Below, piece by piece: positions 36,292 to 46,214 of a stretch of 53,750 nt of DNA (position 1 is the first letter of the stretch; every line of letters starts with the position of its first letter). The translations under genes and the position numbers were made by a program. The stretch spans positions 1 to 53,750 of the forward strand of contig JAEORO010000184.1 of NCBI GenBank assembly GCA_016840855.1. Direction: 5' to 3'. Source of the DNA: Candidatus Thorarchaeota archaeon (lineage in GTDB: Archaea > Asgardarchaeota > Thorarchaeia > Thorarchaeales > Thorarchaeaceae). The notes beneath the pieces were generated by a model. That model was not told where the DNA came from, ran no database searches, and saw only the letters and a program-made list of their open reading frames with translations.

Positions 36292-36957
36292 TCACCTCCT
36301 ATTAGCATCCTTGAAGGTGAATCCCTCTCCTCGCTCTACTTGTTTGATAAACGAATCAAGCCAAGCAATCTGACAACGGATTGACATTGCTGGTCGATCA
36401 AACAGAGTTCTAACAGCACCTATGTTCTTTATATTATTGTACTCCTCAACAGTAAGCATTCCAACTCTACTTTCAGGTAGCTCGCGTCTTAATCGTTCCA
36501 AGTCGTCCAAGTTTCGGACATTTAGCTGCATGAAATTAAGATCTTGCTCAAGATTTGCCTTGTAAATTACAAGCGCTTCCAACACTTCCTCTTGAGTAAG
36601 GAAACTCATTGCAGAAACACCAAGATCAAACAGGGTTTTTGGTCTTGGTGGGTTGCTAAGGCACATTTTAATTTGTTTTTGGAGAGTAGCTCGTCCTTTT
36701 TTGGTCAACCGGTAGGTTTTCTTTGATGCCCTCTTACTAACGTCATCCTTCTTTCCTATTATTAAACCGCGTTTTTCAAGCTCTGAAAGAGCCTTGTAAA
36801 TTGAGGAAAACCGAAGCTCAACCCATTCCCTATAGCCAAACTGTTCAATGATGTTGTTAACCTGATACCCATATTCAGCACCACCTGCAATTATAATCAA
36901 TACAGCTAGATATGTTGAAGGCAACAATTCATCTGGAACACTATCTAATCGAGCCAT
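36292..36957 (-). CDS. PadR family transcriptional regulator
   Basis: YGYQVN..GYREWVELRFSSIYKALSELEKRGLI..KKTYRLTKKGR wHTH plus helical C-terminus. Confidence 0.88.
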   Translation of the reverse strand: MARLDSVPDELLPSTYLAVLIIIAGGAEYGYQVNNIIEQFGYREWVELRFSSIYKALSELEKRGLIIGKKDDVSKRASKKTYRLTKKGRATLQKQIKMCLSNPPRPKTLFDLGVSAMSFLTQEEVLEALVIYKANLEQDLNFMQLNVRNLDDLERLRRELPESRVGMLTVEEYNNIKNIGAVRTLFDRPAMSIRCQIAWLDSFIKQVERGEGFTFKDANRR

Positions 36958-36973
36958 CGTGTCCACTTTCAAA

Positions 36974-37013
36974 TATTATACCAGTAGAATATTATTATTA
37001 TACTAGTAGAATA
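36974..37013. promoter_or_regulatory. Two 18-bp near-palindromic operators (probable PadR sites) in the divergent promoter
   Basis: TATTATACCAGTAGAATA (36974-36991) and TATTATACTAGTAGAATA (36996-37013): 17/18 identical, 22-bp period. Confidence 0.7.
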
Positions 37014-37077
37014 CTAATAAGTGTTTTGAGCAATGAATCAGAAATGTTAATGTCATTGATTTTCGTTGAATCTGTCA

Positions 37078-39477
37078 ATGGTGGTCGAGAAACATCGTTC
37101 AGCTTGCGCATTGAATTGCCCAGATATTTGTGCATACATAGTCCATATTGAGAATGGCAAAATTATTCGACTTGAAGGGGATCCAGATCACCCATATACT
37201 CTTGGAAGATGTTGTCCAAAAGGATACGCACATGTGTTGAGAATGTATTATGATGACCGTCTATTATATCCCCAAAAGAAACAACCTGATGGGACATTCA
37301 CTAGAATTTCGTGGGATGAAGTATTTGATGAAATTGCTCACAAAATGAGAGAAGCAAAAAGCCAGGATGGATCACAAAGTGTTGGAATATATTCAGGCTC
37401 TGGTAATGACGGAATGGCTCCTCGGTATGCTGCTAGATTTGCCAATGCTTTTGGTTGCAGAATGATTCCAGGGATAGCTGAAATCTGTTTTGAAGGAGCA
37501 TATGAGGGAGCTCGATTTAATGTGGGTCCATTTCCGCCTCATGAACTTCAAGATTGGGCCAATTCAAAGTGCATTGTGATTTGGGGGACAAATAAATTCG
37601 AATCAAGTATCCATTGTAAGAGAGTAATCCAAGAAGCCATTGATAATGGTGCAAAGTTGGTAGTGATAGATCCGAGGAAAACCCCATATGCAAAGATTGC
37701 CAATCTTTATACAACAATACGACCCGGAACAGACGGAGCTTTAGCTCTAGGGATAGCTAACGAGATCATTCGTAGAAACCTCTACAATCATGATTTTGTA
37801 AGGGACTACGTATTTGGTTTTGAAGAATTCAAGAAACGTGTGTCAGAATACGATACGAAGTGGGTAAGTGAAATCACCTGGGTAGATGAGAGCACTATTA
37901 GAGAACTCGCAACCATCATCGCAACAAACGGTCCGGCATTGATTACTACTGCGCCTGCAGGGATGAATCACTACACGAATGGAACTTGGGCGGCAAGAGC
38001 AGTACATAGTCTTCTTGTAATTTGTGGTTACATCGGAGTATCAGGTGGTGGTTTTCAGTATCTATCATCTGACAATAGTCCCTTTAATAGCCCAGCGGTG
38101 ACCCTTCCTCAGCTGTTGAATGAAAATGAACAACCAATTGTACCTTCTGGCACCTATCTGCCCGATTATATTCTTAAACATGAAGAGAACCCCGTAAAGA
38201 TCCTTGTAATTCAAGCAGCTAGCCCAATGACTCAGTGGCCAAATACAAACAAGGTAAAGGAATCACTAGATCGTATTCCATTCAAAGTATGCATAGATCT
38301 TGAAATGACTGATACTGCAAAACTCTGTGATATTGTCCTTCCAGCCACCTTCATCTTTGAACATCACAACCTTGTTCATTCGGAACTTCATAGAATTGTA
38401 CAATATGCACCAAAGCTTGTAGAGCCTTTAGGCGAAGTAAAGAGCGAACTAGATATTTGGAAAGGAATTTCCGAGAGACTTGGCTTTGGAGAATATTTTC
38501 AACTATCTGAATTAGATGCAATCAAACTTGCACTTCAGAGTGAAGATTGCAAAAACATCAGTCTCGAGGAATTATTAAAAAGACCAGAGGGAATCAGGAC
38601 AAGAAGTCCAGCAATTCCATTCATAGATAGTAAGTTTGCCACTGAGACTGGAAAAATAGAACTCTATTCCAAGGAACTAGAAAATCAGGGATTCGATCCA
38701 CTGCCATTCCATGAAGAACCAGTAGAGAGTCCGGTTTCAACCCCTGAAGTCTTCAAGGAATATCCATTTATCATGATTACAGGACGCCTAAGAGAACGAC
38801 TGCATTCACAGTATACCACCCTAGAAGTGGGTGGCACTGTGAAGAGTTATGCTCATTGTACGACTTGTAGGAAATGTGTGGAGGAATGTCCTGACGAAGC
38901 CATCACATTGGCTCAACCTAGTACAAGTATCATTCTCAAAGGTGCCAAACACTCACCTCAAGAACAAGCTAAGCTTAGAAAGAAGCTGGGAGAACTTGTT
39001 GGCGGATTGGCTGTACAAGTGAGTAATGAAAGCCTTCACATTCCACCTGAAATCACAGGTTTACTTATTCCGATTTGGGAACCTACAAAATGTATTGGGT
39101 GCCGAGAATGTGCCATAGATGTCTGCCTGTATGATGTTGTTACTGAACCGATTAGATTGCTGACTAAAAAAGAAGCAGGGAAACGCCATGCGTTTCTAAG
39201 GATGCATCCCCAGAAAGCTGAGGAATTTGATTTAAGAAATGGCGACAGAGTTGATGTTGAATCAAGAAGGGGAGTTGTTAAGAATATGGAGCTTATTCTA
39301 ACTGAAGATATTGACCCAAGGGTAGTCTGGTCTTCAGATGGTTGGTGGAATGAAAATGGGAACATTAACCATCTGACTGAGGACAAACATACTGCATTTG
39401 GTCATACTCCTGGATTCAATTCTGTCTTGGTACGAGTCAAAAAGACAGCTACTTTGATTGATAAGAAAGCCTGTTAG
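37078..39477 (+). CDS. Molybdopterin (bis-MGD) oxidoreductase, DMSO-reductase superfamily, with inserted 2x[4Fe-4S] ferredoxin
   Basis: CALNCPDIC..CPKG N-terminal cluster, RISWDE, WGTN, VIDPR, IRPGTDGALALG, DIVLPA, LHSQY..RMHP..GDRV..SRRG. No TAT signal. Extra CxxCxxCxxxCP and CxxCxxCx4C motifs. Confidence 0.9.
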   Translation: MVVEKHRSACALNCPDICAYIVHIENGKIIRLEGDPDHPYTLGRCCPKGYAHVLRMYYDDRLLYPQKKQPDGTFTRISWDEVFDEIAHKMREAKSQDGSQSVGIYSGSGNDGMAPRYAARFANAFGCRMIPGIAEICFEGAYEGARFNVGPFPPHELQDWANSKCIVIWGTNKFESSIHCKRVIQEAIDNGAKLVVIDPRKTPYAKIANLYTTIRPGTDGALALGIANEIIRRNLYNHDFVRDYVFGFEEFKKRVSEYDTKWVSEITWVDESTIRELATIIATNGPALITTAPAGMNHYTNGTWAARAVHSLLVICGYIGVSGGGFQYLSSDNSPFNSPAVTLPQLLNENEQPIVPSGTYLPDYILKHEENPVKILVIQAASPMTQWPNTNKVKESLDRIPFKVCIDLEMTDTAKLCDIVLPATFIFEHHNLVHSELHRIVQYAPKLVEPLGEVKSELDIWKGISERLGFGEYFQLSELDAIKLALQSEDCKNISLEELLKRPEGIRTRSPAIPFIDSKFATETGKIELYSKELENQGFDPLPFHEEPVESPVSTPEVFKEYPFIMITGRLRERLHSQYTTLEVGGTVKSYAHCTTCRKCVEECPDEAITLAQPSTSIILKGAKHSPQEQAKLRKKLGELVGGLAVQVSNESLHIPPEITGLLIPIWEPTKCIGCRECAIDVCLYDVVTEPIRLLTKKEAGKRHAFLRMHPQKAEEFDLRNGDRVDVESRRGVVKNMELILTEDIDPRVVWSSDGWWNENGNINHLTEDKHTAFGHTPGFNSVLVRVKKTATLIDKKAC

Positions 39478-39980
39478 AATGTTTTGTACTCTGCTGTAGG
39501 AGGCCAGACACCTAGTATTTGCCGAGTGGCTACAATTTGACCTATATGGTATGAATTATGCTGACTAAGAACCATCAGAGCTCTAAATGGAGGAACTTTT
39601 GGCCAAGATGGTAAGGCTTCAACAGACTCAATATTTTCTGCTAATCGATATGCTTCTTCGATTCCTGATTTGAATCGCTGAACTAGCTCGTCCCAATTCT
39701 CCCAATCTTTTGGGAGATTCTTTAACCAACTCGCCTCATTATTCTTAGGCCAGTTCATATCCTTCTTTCCTCTCAAAGCTTCAAGCATTAAATCCTGCCA
39801 GTATACAATATGGTATAGAATATGCCAGCAAGAATGCTCACTGTTCTTGGGTATTTTAGATGCCATCTCAAAGTTGAGATTTAGAAGTGCCTCTATTGGA
39901 TCTACATGGATATGTTGCCCCTTAATCGAGTTCTTCAATGCAGCAGTAAGAATTTCGTTCATACATTGGATAAGAGTCAA
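39474..39980 (-). CDS. DinB/DUF664 family four-helix-bundle protein
   Basis: HSCWHILYHIVYWQ and HNSYHIGQI metal-binding His motifs. Start may be ATG 39962. Confidence 0.85.
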   Translation of the reverse strand: MTLIQCMNEILTAALKNSIKGQHIHVDPIEALLNLNFEMASKIPKNSEHSCWHILYHIVYWQDLMLEALRGKKDMNWPKNNEASWLKNLPKDWENWDELVQRFKSGIEEAYRLAENIESVEALPSWPKVPPFRALMVLSQHNSYHIGQIVATRQILGVWPPTAEYKTF

Positions 39981-40030
39981 TGAGCTAAATGAATGTAATC
40001 TAATGAGTAGAAGTTGGATTCAGTTTAATG

Positions 40031-41317
40031 TTATAGGAATAAAATTGCCACAAGAAAGGAGTAAATTGTACTAATTACGAGATGGATGAAACCAAGTGGT
40101 AGAGCCACCTTTGTAAATTCCATAAAGCTAATTGGACGACCACCCTCCTTAGCTTGAGTCACAGCAATCATATTGGGCGCATCTCCAAATGGAATCATAT
40201 ATCCCCCGACATTAATTCCGATATATAGAGTCAAAGGTACAATGGCATTTGCACTCGATTGACCCAAACTCAGTCCGACAGGAGCCAAGAGTGCAGCGAT
40301 TGGTACATTATCGATTAGTGATAGGAAGAAGCCAGGAATCCAAATGAGGAAACCCATTCCTAGAAATATATTATCTCCAATAAGACTAGTAATACCTCCA
40401 ACAAACTCATTTATGACACCAGACCTTTCAAGTGCAGCAACAAGTCCGAAAAGACCTACAAGGAAAAAGATTGTTCCCCACGATAACTGCTGAACTAATT
40501 TCTCTGATCGTTCATGAGCGAAAACAAGCATTCCAGAAGCCACCATCATGGCTATTAGAGAAGCCTCGACTCTCAGTGCCCCAATTGTGAAAGCAAGTAC
40601 CAAGATACTCATCGCTACAATTGAAAGATAGAAGTCACGTTTTGATTTTATCATTGCACTTGGCTTAACCATGTAGAGCATATTCCAATCTGAACAAATC
40701 TCTGCATCAAATTGTGGGCCATACCATCTTAGAAGAATGAAGAGTGTGACTATTAACAGAATAATGGACAGAGGGAATAGAACGATTGCCATTAACGCGA
40801 CATCAGTTTGAGCCCAGACAGCAATAACAAGATTCGGGATTGATCCCACAAAAGAGGGTATAGAGGCAAAGTTACCAACGATAACTTCCGATATTAAGAT
40901 AGGCCGAAAATCAAGATCAATTACTTTACAAACTTCAACGGTGAACACACCCATTACTAGCATTGTAGGTAATGGATCAAGGAATAATGAGATGACAAAA
41001 ACAAAACCCATGAATGTGATGAAAATCTTTCTTGGCTCGCCTTGAGTGCCCTTCAGAAGAATCAATGCAATATATTGGAACATGCCTGAAGATGTAGCTA
41101 TAGCAACTACAATTAACATGGCTGTGACAAAGAGAATGGTATCCCATTGCATCAGAAGCACAAATTCCCGAAAAGAAAATCCATAAGCAAACCAAAGGAT
41201 GGCTCCAGCAACAGACATTGCAAATAAAACTGCAGCAGTTTCGTTAATTTTCTCTGATAGCACAATCAGTAGTGTCGCAATCAGAATGATAACGATTACA
41301 AAGCCAGCTAAATCCAT
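40031..41317 (-). CDS. ArsB/NhaD (IT superfamily, P-protein-like) anion permease
   Basis: About 11-12 TMs, WDTILF, GNFAS..VGSIPNL, LIDNVP, NVGG..PFGDAPNM, ISFMEF. Confidence 0.85.
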   Translation of the reverse strand: MDLAGFVIVIILIATLLIVLSEKINETAAVLFAMSVAGAILWFAYGFSFREFVLLMQWDTILFVTAMLIVVAIATSSGMFQYIALILLKGTQGEPRKIFITFMGFVFVISLFLDPLPTMLVMGVFTVEVCKVIDLDFRPILISEVIVGNFASIPSFVGSIPNLVIAVWAQTDVALMAIVLFPLSIILLIVTLFILLRWYGPQFDAEICSDWNMLYMVKPSAMIKSKRDFYLSIVAMSILVLAFTIGALRVEASLIAMMVASGMLVFAHERSEKLVQQLSWGTIFFLVGLFGLVAALERSGVINEFVGGITSLIGDNIFLGMGFLIWIPGFFLSLIDNVPIAALLAPVGLSLGQSSANAIVPLTLYIGINVGGYMIPFGDAPNMIAVTQAKEGGRPISFMEFTKVALPLGFIHLVISTIYSFLVAILFL

Positions 41318-41463
41318 CTCAATCTTCTGAGATAGTTTCGAGTATTAAAAACTCGTGTTACTTTAAACCCAAAATAACTTGCTAGTCATGTAATACCTAT
41401 GACTAGGGGACGTCATAGTGAAACCTATATCCTGTATAGAATATTGTCTGATGGAGACCAACT

Positions 41464-41871
41464 TTGTCATCAGGTAAACGGATTGCGACCATGATTATAG
41501 GCATGATTATCATGATTGGTGGCTTTTTTGGTGGATTCATACTATTCTTCTGGATGGAAGCAAGAGATATCGTAACAGTAATGCTCTATATGATACTCAT
41601 ACCAATGATGAGTTTCTGCATCGGTGCAGGAATCATTGTCTATGGTAATAAAGATGCAATGCCTCTGGGAAGAGGGGGATTTGGCCTATTTGGTACTATG
41701 GCTCGTATGGATGAACCACCAAAAGAAAAATCGTTTATTCACGAACCCCCCAGTTTCTGTTCAGACTGTGGTGCTGCATTAAGTTCTGAGGGAATTGAAT
41801 GGGTTGGTCCTCTTACTGTAAAATGCCCATATTGTGGTGCAACTCACGCTACAGAAAAACGCGAAGTTTAG
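41464..41871 (+). CDS. Two-TM membrane protein with C-terminal zinc ribbon
   Basis: Two hydrophobic helices, then CSDCG...CPYCG; TTG start. Confidence 0.75.
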   Translation: MSSGKRIATMIIGMIIMIGGFFGGFILFFWMEARDIVTVMLYMILIPMMSFCIGAGIIVYGNKDAMPLGRGGFGLFGTMARMDEPPKEKSFIHEPPSFCSDCGAALSSEGIEWVGPLTVKCPYCGATHATEKREV

Positions 41872-41965
41872 AGCGACTTTCTTCCTTTAATCAACACAGT
41901 ACTATGATACTTACGAGTCTTATTGTTACTCGTCACGACATCTTTCATCTTGGAGATTTAACTCG

Positions 41966-43990
41966 GTGGATTTAAGACTACGATTTATGAAGGCACGAGT
42001 ATGGGTGAGTTGTGTGAATAATTATAGACATATTTTCTTTGTTACGCTATTCTGTGTTTCTCTTCTGATGGTGCCTTGGAGGATAACAGCACTTCATAAA
42101 ATGGACCCAGTGAATGGTTCAATGACTCAAGCATCTATTGATATCTTTTCAGTAATTCCAGACCCAAATCTAGAATCGCCACCTGATTCATATGTCAACG
42201 GTTCTTCAGGTGAGTTTCATTATAGTCATCAACCAAATGCGATGAGGCTCAACTGGACACATACCGCGGGGACTCCATTAGATCTTCACTCAACTGATGA
42301 TGGCACATTTCCCTTATTCAACGATAATGTCTATTTCACTCAATCATTCAACTGGCCGTACAACGATATGCCCACTGAGGTTATTGGGTATCTTAACTAT
42401 AGTACATCACTTACAGGCGATTTTCTGATGGAGGAATCAGGCTCGCAAATGTTTTGTCTATATGTGTGGTTCATAGACTCATCTGGAAATTGGCGCACAA
42501 TCTATCATTCAAATCCGCCATATCCTGACACTGAGCAATATAGACAATTGTATTCCTCATATTTCGATATTCTTGCAGGATGGGGAGGGATGATTGAAGA
42601 CGAGAACGGCATCCAGGAAGACCCACTGGATACTCTTTCGATAGGCATAGGGTTGGTACCTACTCTCGATTTTCTTGACTCTCAAGGCACAGAACCCTGG
42701 CAAGAGTACAATGGTTCAGTCAGTTTCATAATATCCTACATGGACATACAGGTTGTGATGGAAACAGAACCCGATCCTGCAAATCACCTAATACCGCTCT
42801 ACAACGTTTCATATAAAACGACACTAGGGGAAGTCTATTCATTATCCCCATTAGATCCATCAACTCCCTTGATGGATTCTGGATATGATCTCAGTACTGA
42901 TCCTACAGGGAACGTATACATCACAGGTTACACATCGATTCCATATGATATATACCATGAAATCGGGGTGTCCCAAAGGCATCAATTCCTGATTAAGTAT
43001 GATCCGATGCTGAATCGCCAATGGATTGTCCGGAATGACAATGGGACTCAAGGCACTGCAATCATTTTCAATGACGGATACATATTTACAACTGGAAGTC
43101 ATAGGTACAGCGACCCTGTTAGGAGAAATATGATAGTAACAAAATGGACCACTAGCGGAACTAAAGTATGGGAATCTGAGTGGGGAGAATTATATGACCA
43201 GATAGGGATCGCTCTAGGAGTTCATAAGGATGGTTCTGTTTATGTGATGGTTAGTGATTACAACTATGTGGAACCTCCAGGGTATCAAAGATCCAACTTG
43301 TTGAAATTTGATAGCTCTGGTTTATTTCTATGGAATAAATCACTACCACTCTCCTCGATTGAAGATGTACCCGGATCTCTGCATGTCTTTGATTCACACA
43401 TCTTCTATGAAATTCAGGGATTAATGATGACTATGGACTTGGAAGGGAATATCGTATGGGATGGTGCTGCCTGGGGTGCAACTACGGACGAGAACGGTAC
43501 AATTTATGCCATCACTAGTCAAGGTGCTGGTCTAGAGATAAACCAGTTTGACATTGAAGGAAATGAAACATGGACTGAGTACTATGAAGTGGAATATCCG
43601 ACAGGATGGATAGAATTTCTGAGAATGATTGACATTGCACTCACACCAACAGATGAACTTCTGATTCTGTATCAAGCTGACTTCATAGATGATTCGTATT
43701 TCCTACTCAAATATGATACAAACGGGACATTCATTGAATCTTGGGAAATTGGTGATGATAATTGGCCATATAGTACAAGCTATTCACCGACGATGGAGGT
43801 TGCATCAAGTGGACTCATGTATCTCTCACTCAATATGTACTCTTGGAATGTAGTAGTGCAGGGGTATGTGGTGGGAGAGTATGCAATTCCTATTCCTAAT
43901 CCAGACATCCTGCAATTAGCAGTAATCGGAGGTGGAGTAGGGATGATTCTTCTCGTAGGAGTGTATTGGTATAGGAAGAAGCAAGTTTAG
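41966..43990 (+). CDS. Exported beta-propeller (SBBP-like repeat) protein with C-terminal TM anchor
   Basis: DPTGNVYITG, IFTTG..KWTTSGTKVW, DGSVYV, LLKYDTNGT repeats; TM followed by RKKQV. Start uncertain. Confidence 0.72.
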   Translation: MDLRLRFMKARVWVSCVNNYRHIFFVTLFCVSLLMVPWRITALHKMDPVNGSMTQASIDIFSVIPDPNLESPPDSYVNGSSGEFHYSHQPNAMRLNWTHTAGTPLDLHSTDDGTFPLFNDNVYFTQSFNWPYNDMPTEVIGYLNYSTSLTGDFLMEESGSQMFCLYVWFIDSSGNWRTIYHSNPPYPDTEQYRQLYSSYFDILAGWGGMIEDENGIQEDPLDTLSIGIGLVPTLDFLDSQGTEPWQEYNGSVSFIISYMDIQVVMETEPDPANHLIPLYNVSYKTTLGEVYSLSPLDPSTPLMDSGYDLSTDPTGNVYITGYTSIPYDIYHEIGVSQRHQFLIKYDPMLNRQWIVRNDNGTQGTAIIFNDGYIFTTGSHRYSDPVRRNMIVTKWTTSGTKVWESEWGELYDQIGIALGVHKDGSVYVMVSDYNYVEPPGYQRSNLLKFDSSGLFLWNKSLPLSSIEDVPGSLHVFDSHIFYEIQGLMMTMDLEGNIVWDGAAWGATTDENGTIYAITSQGAGLEINQFDIEGNETWTEYYEVEYPTGWIEFLRMIDIALTPTDELLILYQADFIDDSYFLLKYDTNGTFIESWEIGDDNWPYSTSYSPTMEVASSGLMYLSLNMYSWNVVVQGYVVGEYAIPIPNPDILQLAVIGGGVGMILLVGVYWYRKKQV

Positions 43991-44057
43991 ATGAAATCGC
44001 TTGGTTCGGAAGCTATTTGACCACGAATAATACCGAACTCCATTGAGGAATCCAGAA

Positions 44058-45122
44058 ATGGACCCTAGATTAGAAGAACACGCAAAAATCCTTGTTGAAT
44101 GGAGCACCGAGATCAAAAAAGGAGACATGGTTGGTATCCGCGCTAGCCCTGAATCTCATGAGTTTGTTATTGCGCTATACAAGAAGATTGCAGAGAAAGG
44201 TGCTATCCCCATCACATTGATGAACACAGATGAAATGGGCAAAGCCTTCTTTGATGGAGCAGATGAGGATACGCTCAATACTGCTCCAAAACACTTTGAA
44301 GCATTTCTTGAGAACATTGATGTTTTCATTGCTTTGAGATCGCCAAGCAACATTAAGGCACTGGCAAATGTTGACTCAAAGCGAGTGATTCAACGAAATG
44401 TCGCAATGAAGAGAGTACAAGAACTCTATCTCTCCAAAAGGTGGTGCTTGACTGTTCATCCCACATATGCCCTAGCTCAACAAGCAGATATGAGCATGGA
44501 AGAGTACCAAAACTTTGTCTATGACGCGACTCTTCTCGATTGGAAAGAGGAGAGTCAGATTCTAAACAAGATGAAGGAACATCTTGAACGCCATAATGAT
44601 ATTCGATACACGGGTCCAGAAACTGACCTTTATGCTTCAACTGAGGGAAGAGTCTGGATAGCTTCAGATGGTAAACACAATATGCCCAGTGGAGAGGTCT
44701 TCACAGCTCCTGTGGACAATTCTGTGGAGGGCAAGATTTACTTCGACATCCCATTCCTTCAACAAGGCAAGGTAATCGAAGGAGTTCATCTTACATTTGA
44801 AAAGGGTGAGGTCGTAGACTTTTCAGCTGAGAAAGCTGAAAAAACACTGAAGGAAATTATTGAGGTCGATGAAGGTTCTCGCCGACTTGGTGAAATGGCA
44901 ATTGGTACTAATAGAGGGATTAAGAAATACACACTGAACATGTTATTTGATGAGAAAATAGGCGACACCATTCATTGCGCTCTTGGTCAAGCTTACAAAG
45001 AGAACAACGGAACAAATGAGTCTGCAGTTCACGTCGATATGATCAAGACGATGCACGAAGGCGAGATAATCGCTGGTGATGAATTAATCTATTGTAAGGG
45101 AAAATATTTCTACGAAATGTAA
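44058..45122 (+). CDS. Aminopeptidase, M29 (AmpS/AmpT) family, copy 1
   Basis: NMPSGEVFTAP, RRLGEMAIGTN, LFDEKIGDTIHCALGQAY, NESAVHVDMI. Confidence 0.93.
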   Translation: MDPRLEEHAKILVEWSTEIKKGDMVGIRASPESHEFVIALYKKIAEKGAIPITLMNTDEMGKAFFDGADEDTLNTAPKHFEAFLENIDVFIALRSPSNIKALANVDSKRVIQRNVAMKRVQELYLSKRWCLTVHPTYALAQQADMSMEEYQNFVYDATLLDWKEESQILNKMKEHLERHNDIRYTGPETDLYASTEGRVWIASDGKHNMPSGEVFTAPVDNSVEGKIYFDIPFLQQGKVIEGVHLTFEKGEVVDFSAEKAEKTLKEIIEVDEGSRRLGEMAIGTNRGIKKYTLNMLFDEKIGDTIHCALGQAYKENNGTNESAVHVDMIKTMHEGEIIAGDELIYCKGKYFYEM

Positions 45123-45132
45123 AAAAAAACAG

Positions 45133-46212
45133 ATGGAGATTGTAAAAATGGATCCTAGAATAGTTGAACATGCGAAGATACTCGTTGATTACAGCACACA
45201 AGTAAAGAGAGGGGACAAGGTTGTTATTCAGGCCAATCCAGATGCCCACGACTTGGCTGTAGCTGTAGCACGCCAGGTAGCGAAAGCAGGCGGTAGTTTC
45301 ACGGTCACTATGATTAGTGAAGAAATTGAGCGAGCTAAGTATGATGGAGCAGACGACGAGACTCTGAAGGTTTTTCCGGATCATGTAATGGCAATGACAG
45401 AGAAAACAGATGTTCTCATTTCCCTGAGATCTCCTGTGAACACCAAGGCTATGGCTAATGTTGATCCAAAGAGGAGAATGATCACTGCAAAGACAACAAA
45501 ACCGATTTTCGATCTTATAAACACAAAGAGATGGGTATTGACAGTTCATCCATGTGCAACTCTTGCACAGCAGGGTAATATGAGTCTTGAAGAATACCGG
45601 GAGTTCGTCTATGGTGCCTGTCTTCATGATTGGGAGAAAGAAAGTAAAAACTTGTACAAGATGAAGGAACACCTTGAGAGTCATAAGAATATTAGATTCA
45701 TAGGTCCAGAAACTGACCTCTATGCATCAACTGAAGGCCGGCTCTGGGAAGCAGCAGATGGGAAGTTCAATATGCCAGATGGAGAAATTTTCACAGCACC
45801 CGTAGAAGACAGCGTAGAAGGAAAGATCTACTTCGATGTTCCTTTCCTCGAACTTGGCAAGGTTTTGGAAGGAGTTAGACTGACCTTTGAGAAGGGAGAA
45901 GTTGTTGATTATTCAGCAGAGAAAGAGGAATCAACTTTGAAACAGATTCTTGAGGTCGATGACGGTGCCCGTCGCCTAGGAGAGATGGCTATAGGCACAA
46001 ATCGAGGAATTAAACAATATACACTGAATATGCTATTCGACGAGAAAATAGGAGATACTGTTCACTGCGCATTGGGCATGGCTTATCCTGAGTGCAATGG
46101 TGTGAATGAAAGTGCCATACATGTTGACATGATTAAAACAATGCATGAGGGAGAAGTCACTGCTGGTGATGAGGTAATCTATTCAAGAGGTAAATACTTC
46201 TACGAAAAATAA
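45133..46212 (+). CDS. Aminopeptidase, M29 (AmpS/AmpT) family, copy 2
   Basis: Same motifs (NMPDGEIFTAP, LFDEKIGDTVHCALG, SAIHVDMI); tandem paralog of the upstream gene. Confidence 0.93.
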   Translation: MEIVKMDPRIVEHAKILVDYSTQVKRGDKVVIQANPDAHDLAVAVARQVAKAGGSFTVTMISEEIERAKYDGADDETLKVFPDHVMAMTEKTDVLISLRSPVNTKAMANVDPKRRMITAKTTKPIFDLINTKRWVLTVHPCATLAQQGNMSLEEYREFVYGACLHDWEKESKNLYKMKEHLESHKNIRFIGPETDLYASTEGRLWEAADGKFNMPDGEIFTAPVEDSVEGKIYFDVPFLELGKVLEGVRLTFEKGEVVDYSAEKEESTLKQILEVDDGARRLGEMAIGTNRGIKQYTLNMLFDEKIGDTVHCALGMAYPECNGVNESAIHVDMIKTMHEGEVTAGDEVIYSRGKYFYEK

Positions 46213-46214
46213 TG

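Noticed and set aside
45120-45132. A9 run between the two aminopeptidases as a programmed frameshift or phase-variation site
   Set aside because: It begins within the TAA stop of gene 1, and both genes are complete with their own starts; no fusion is needed.
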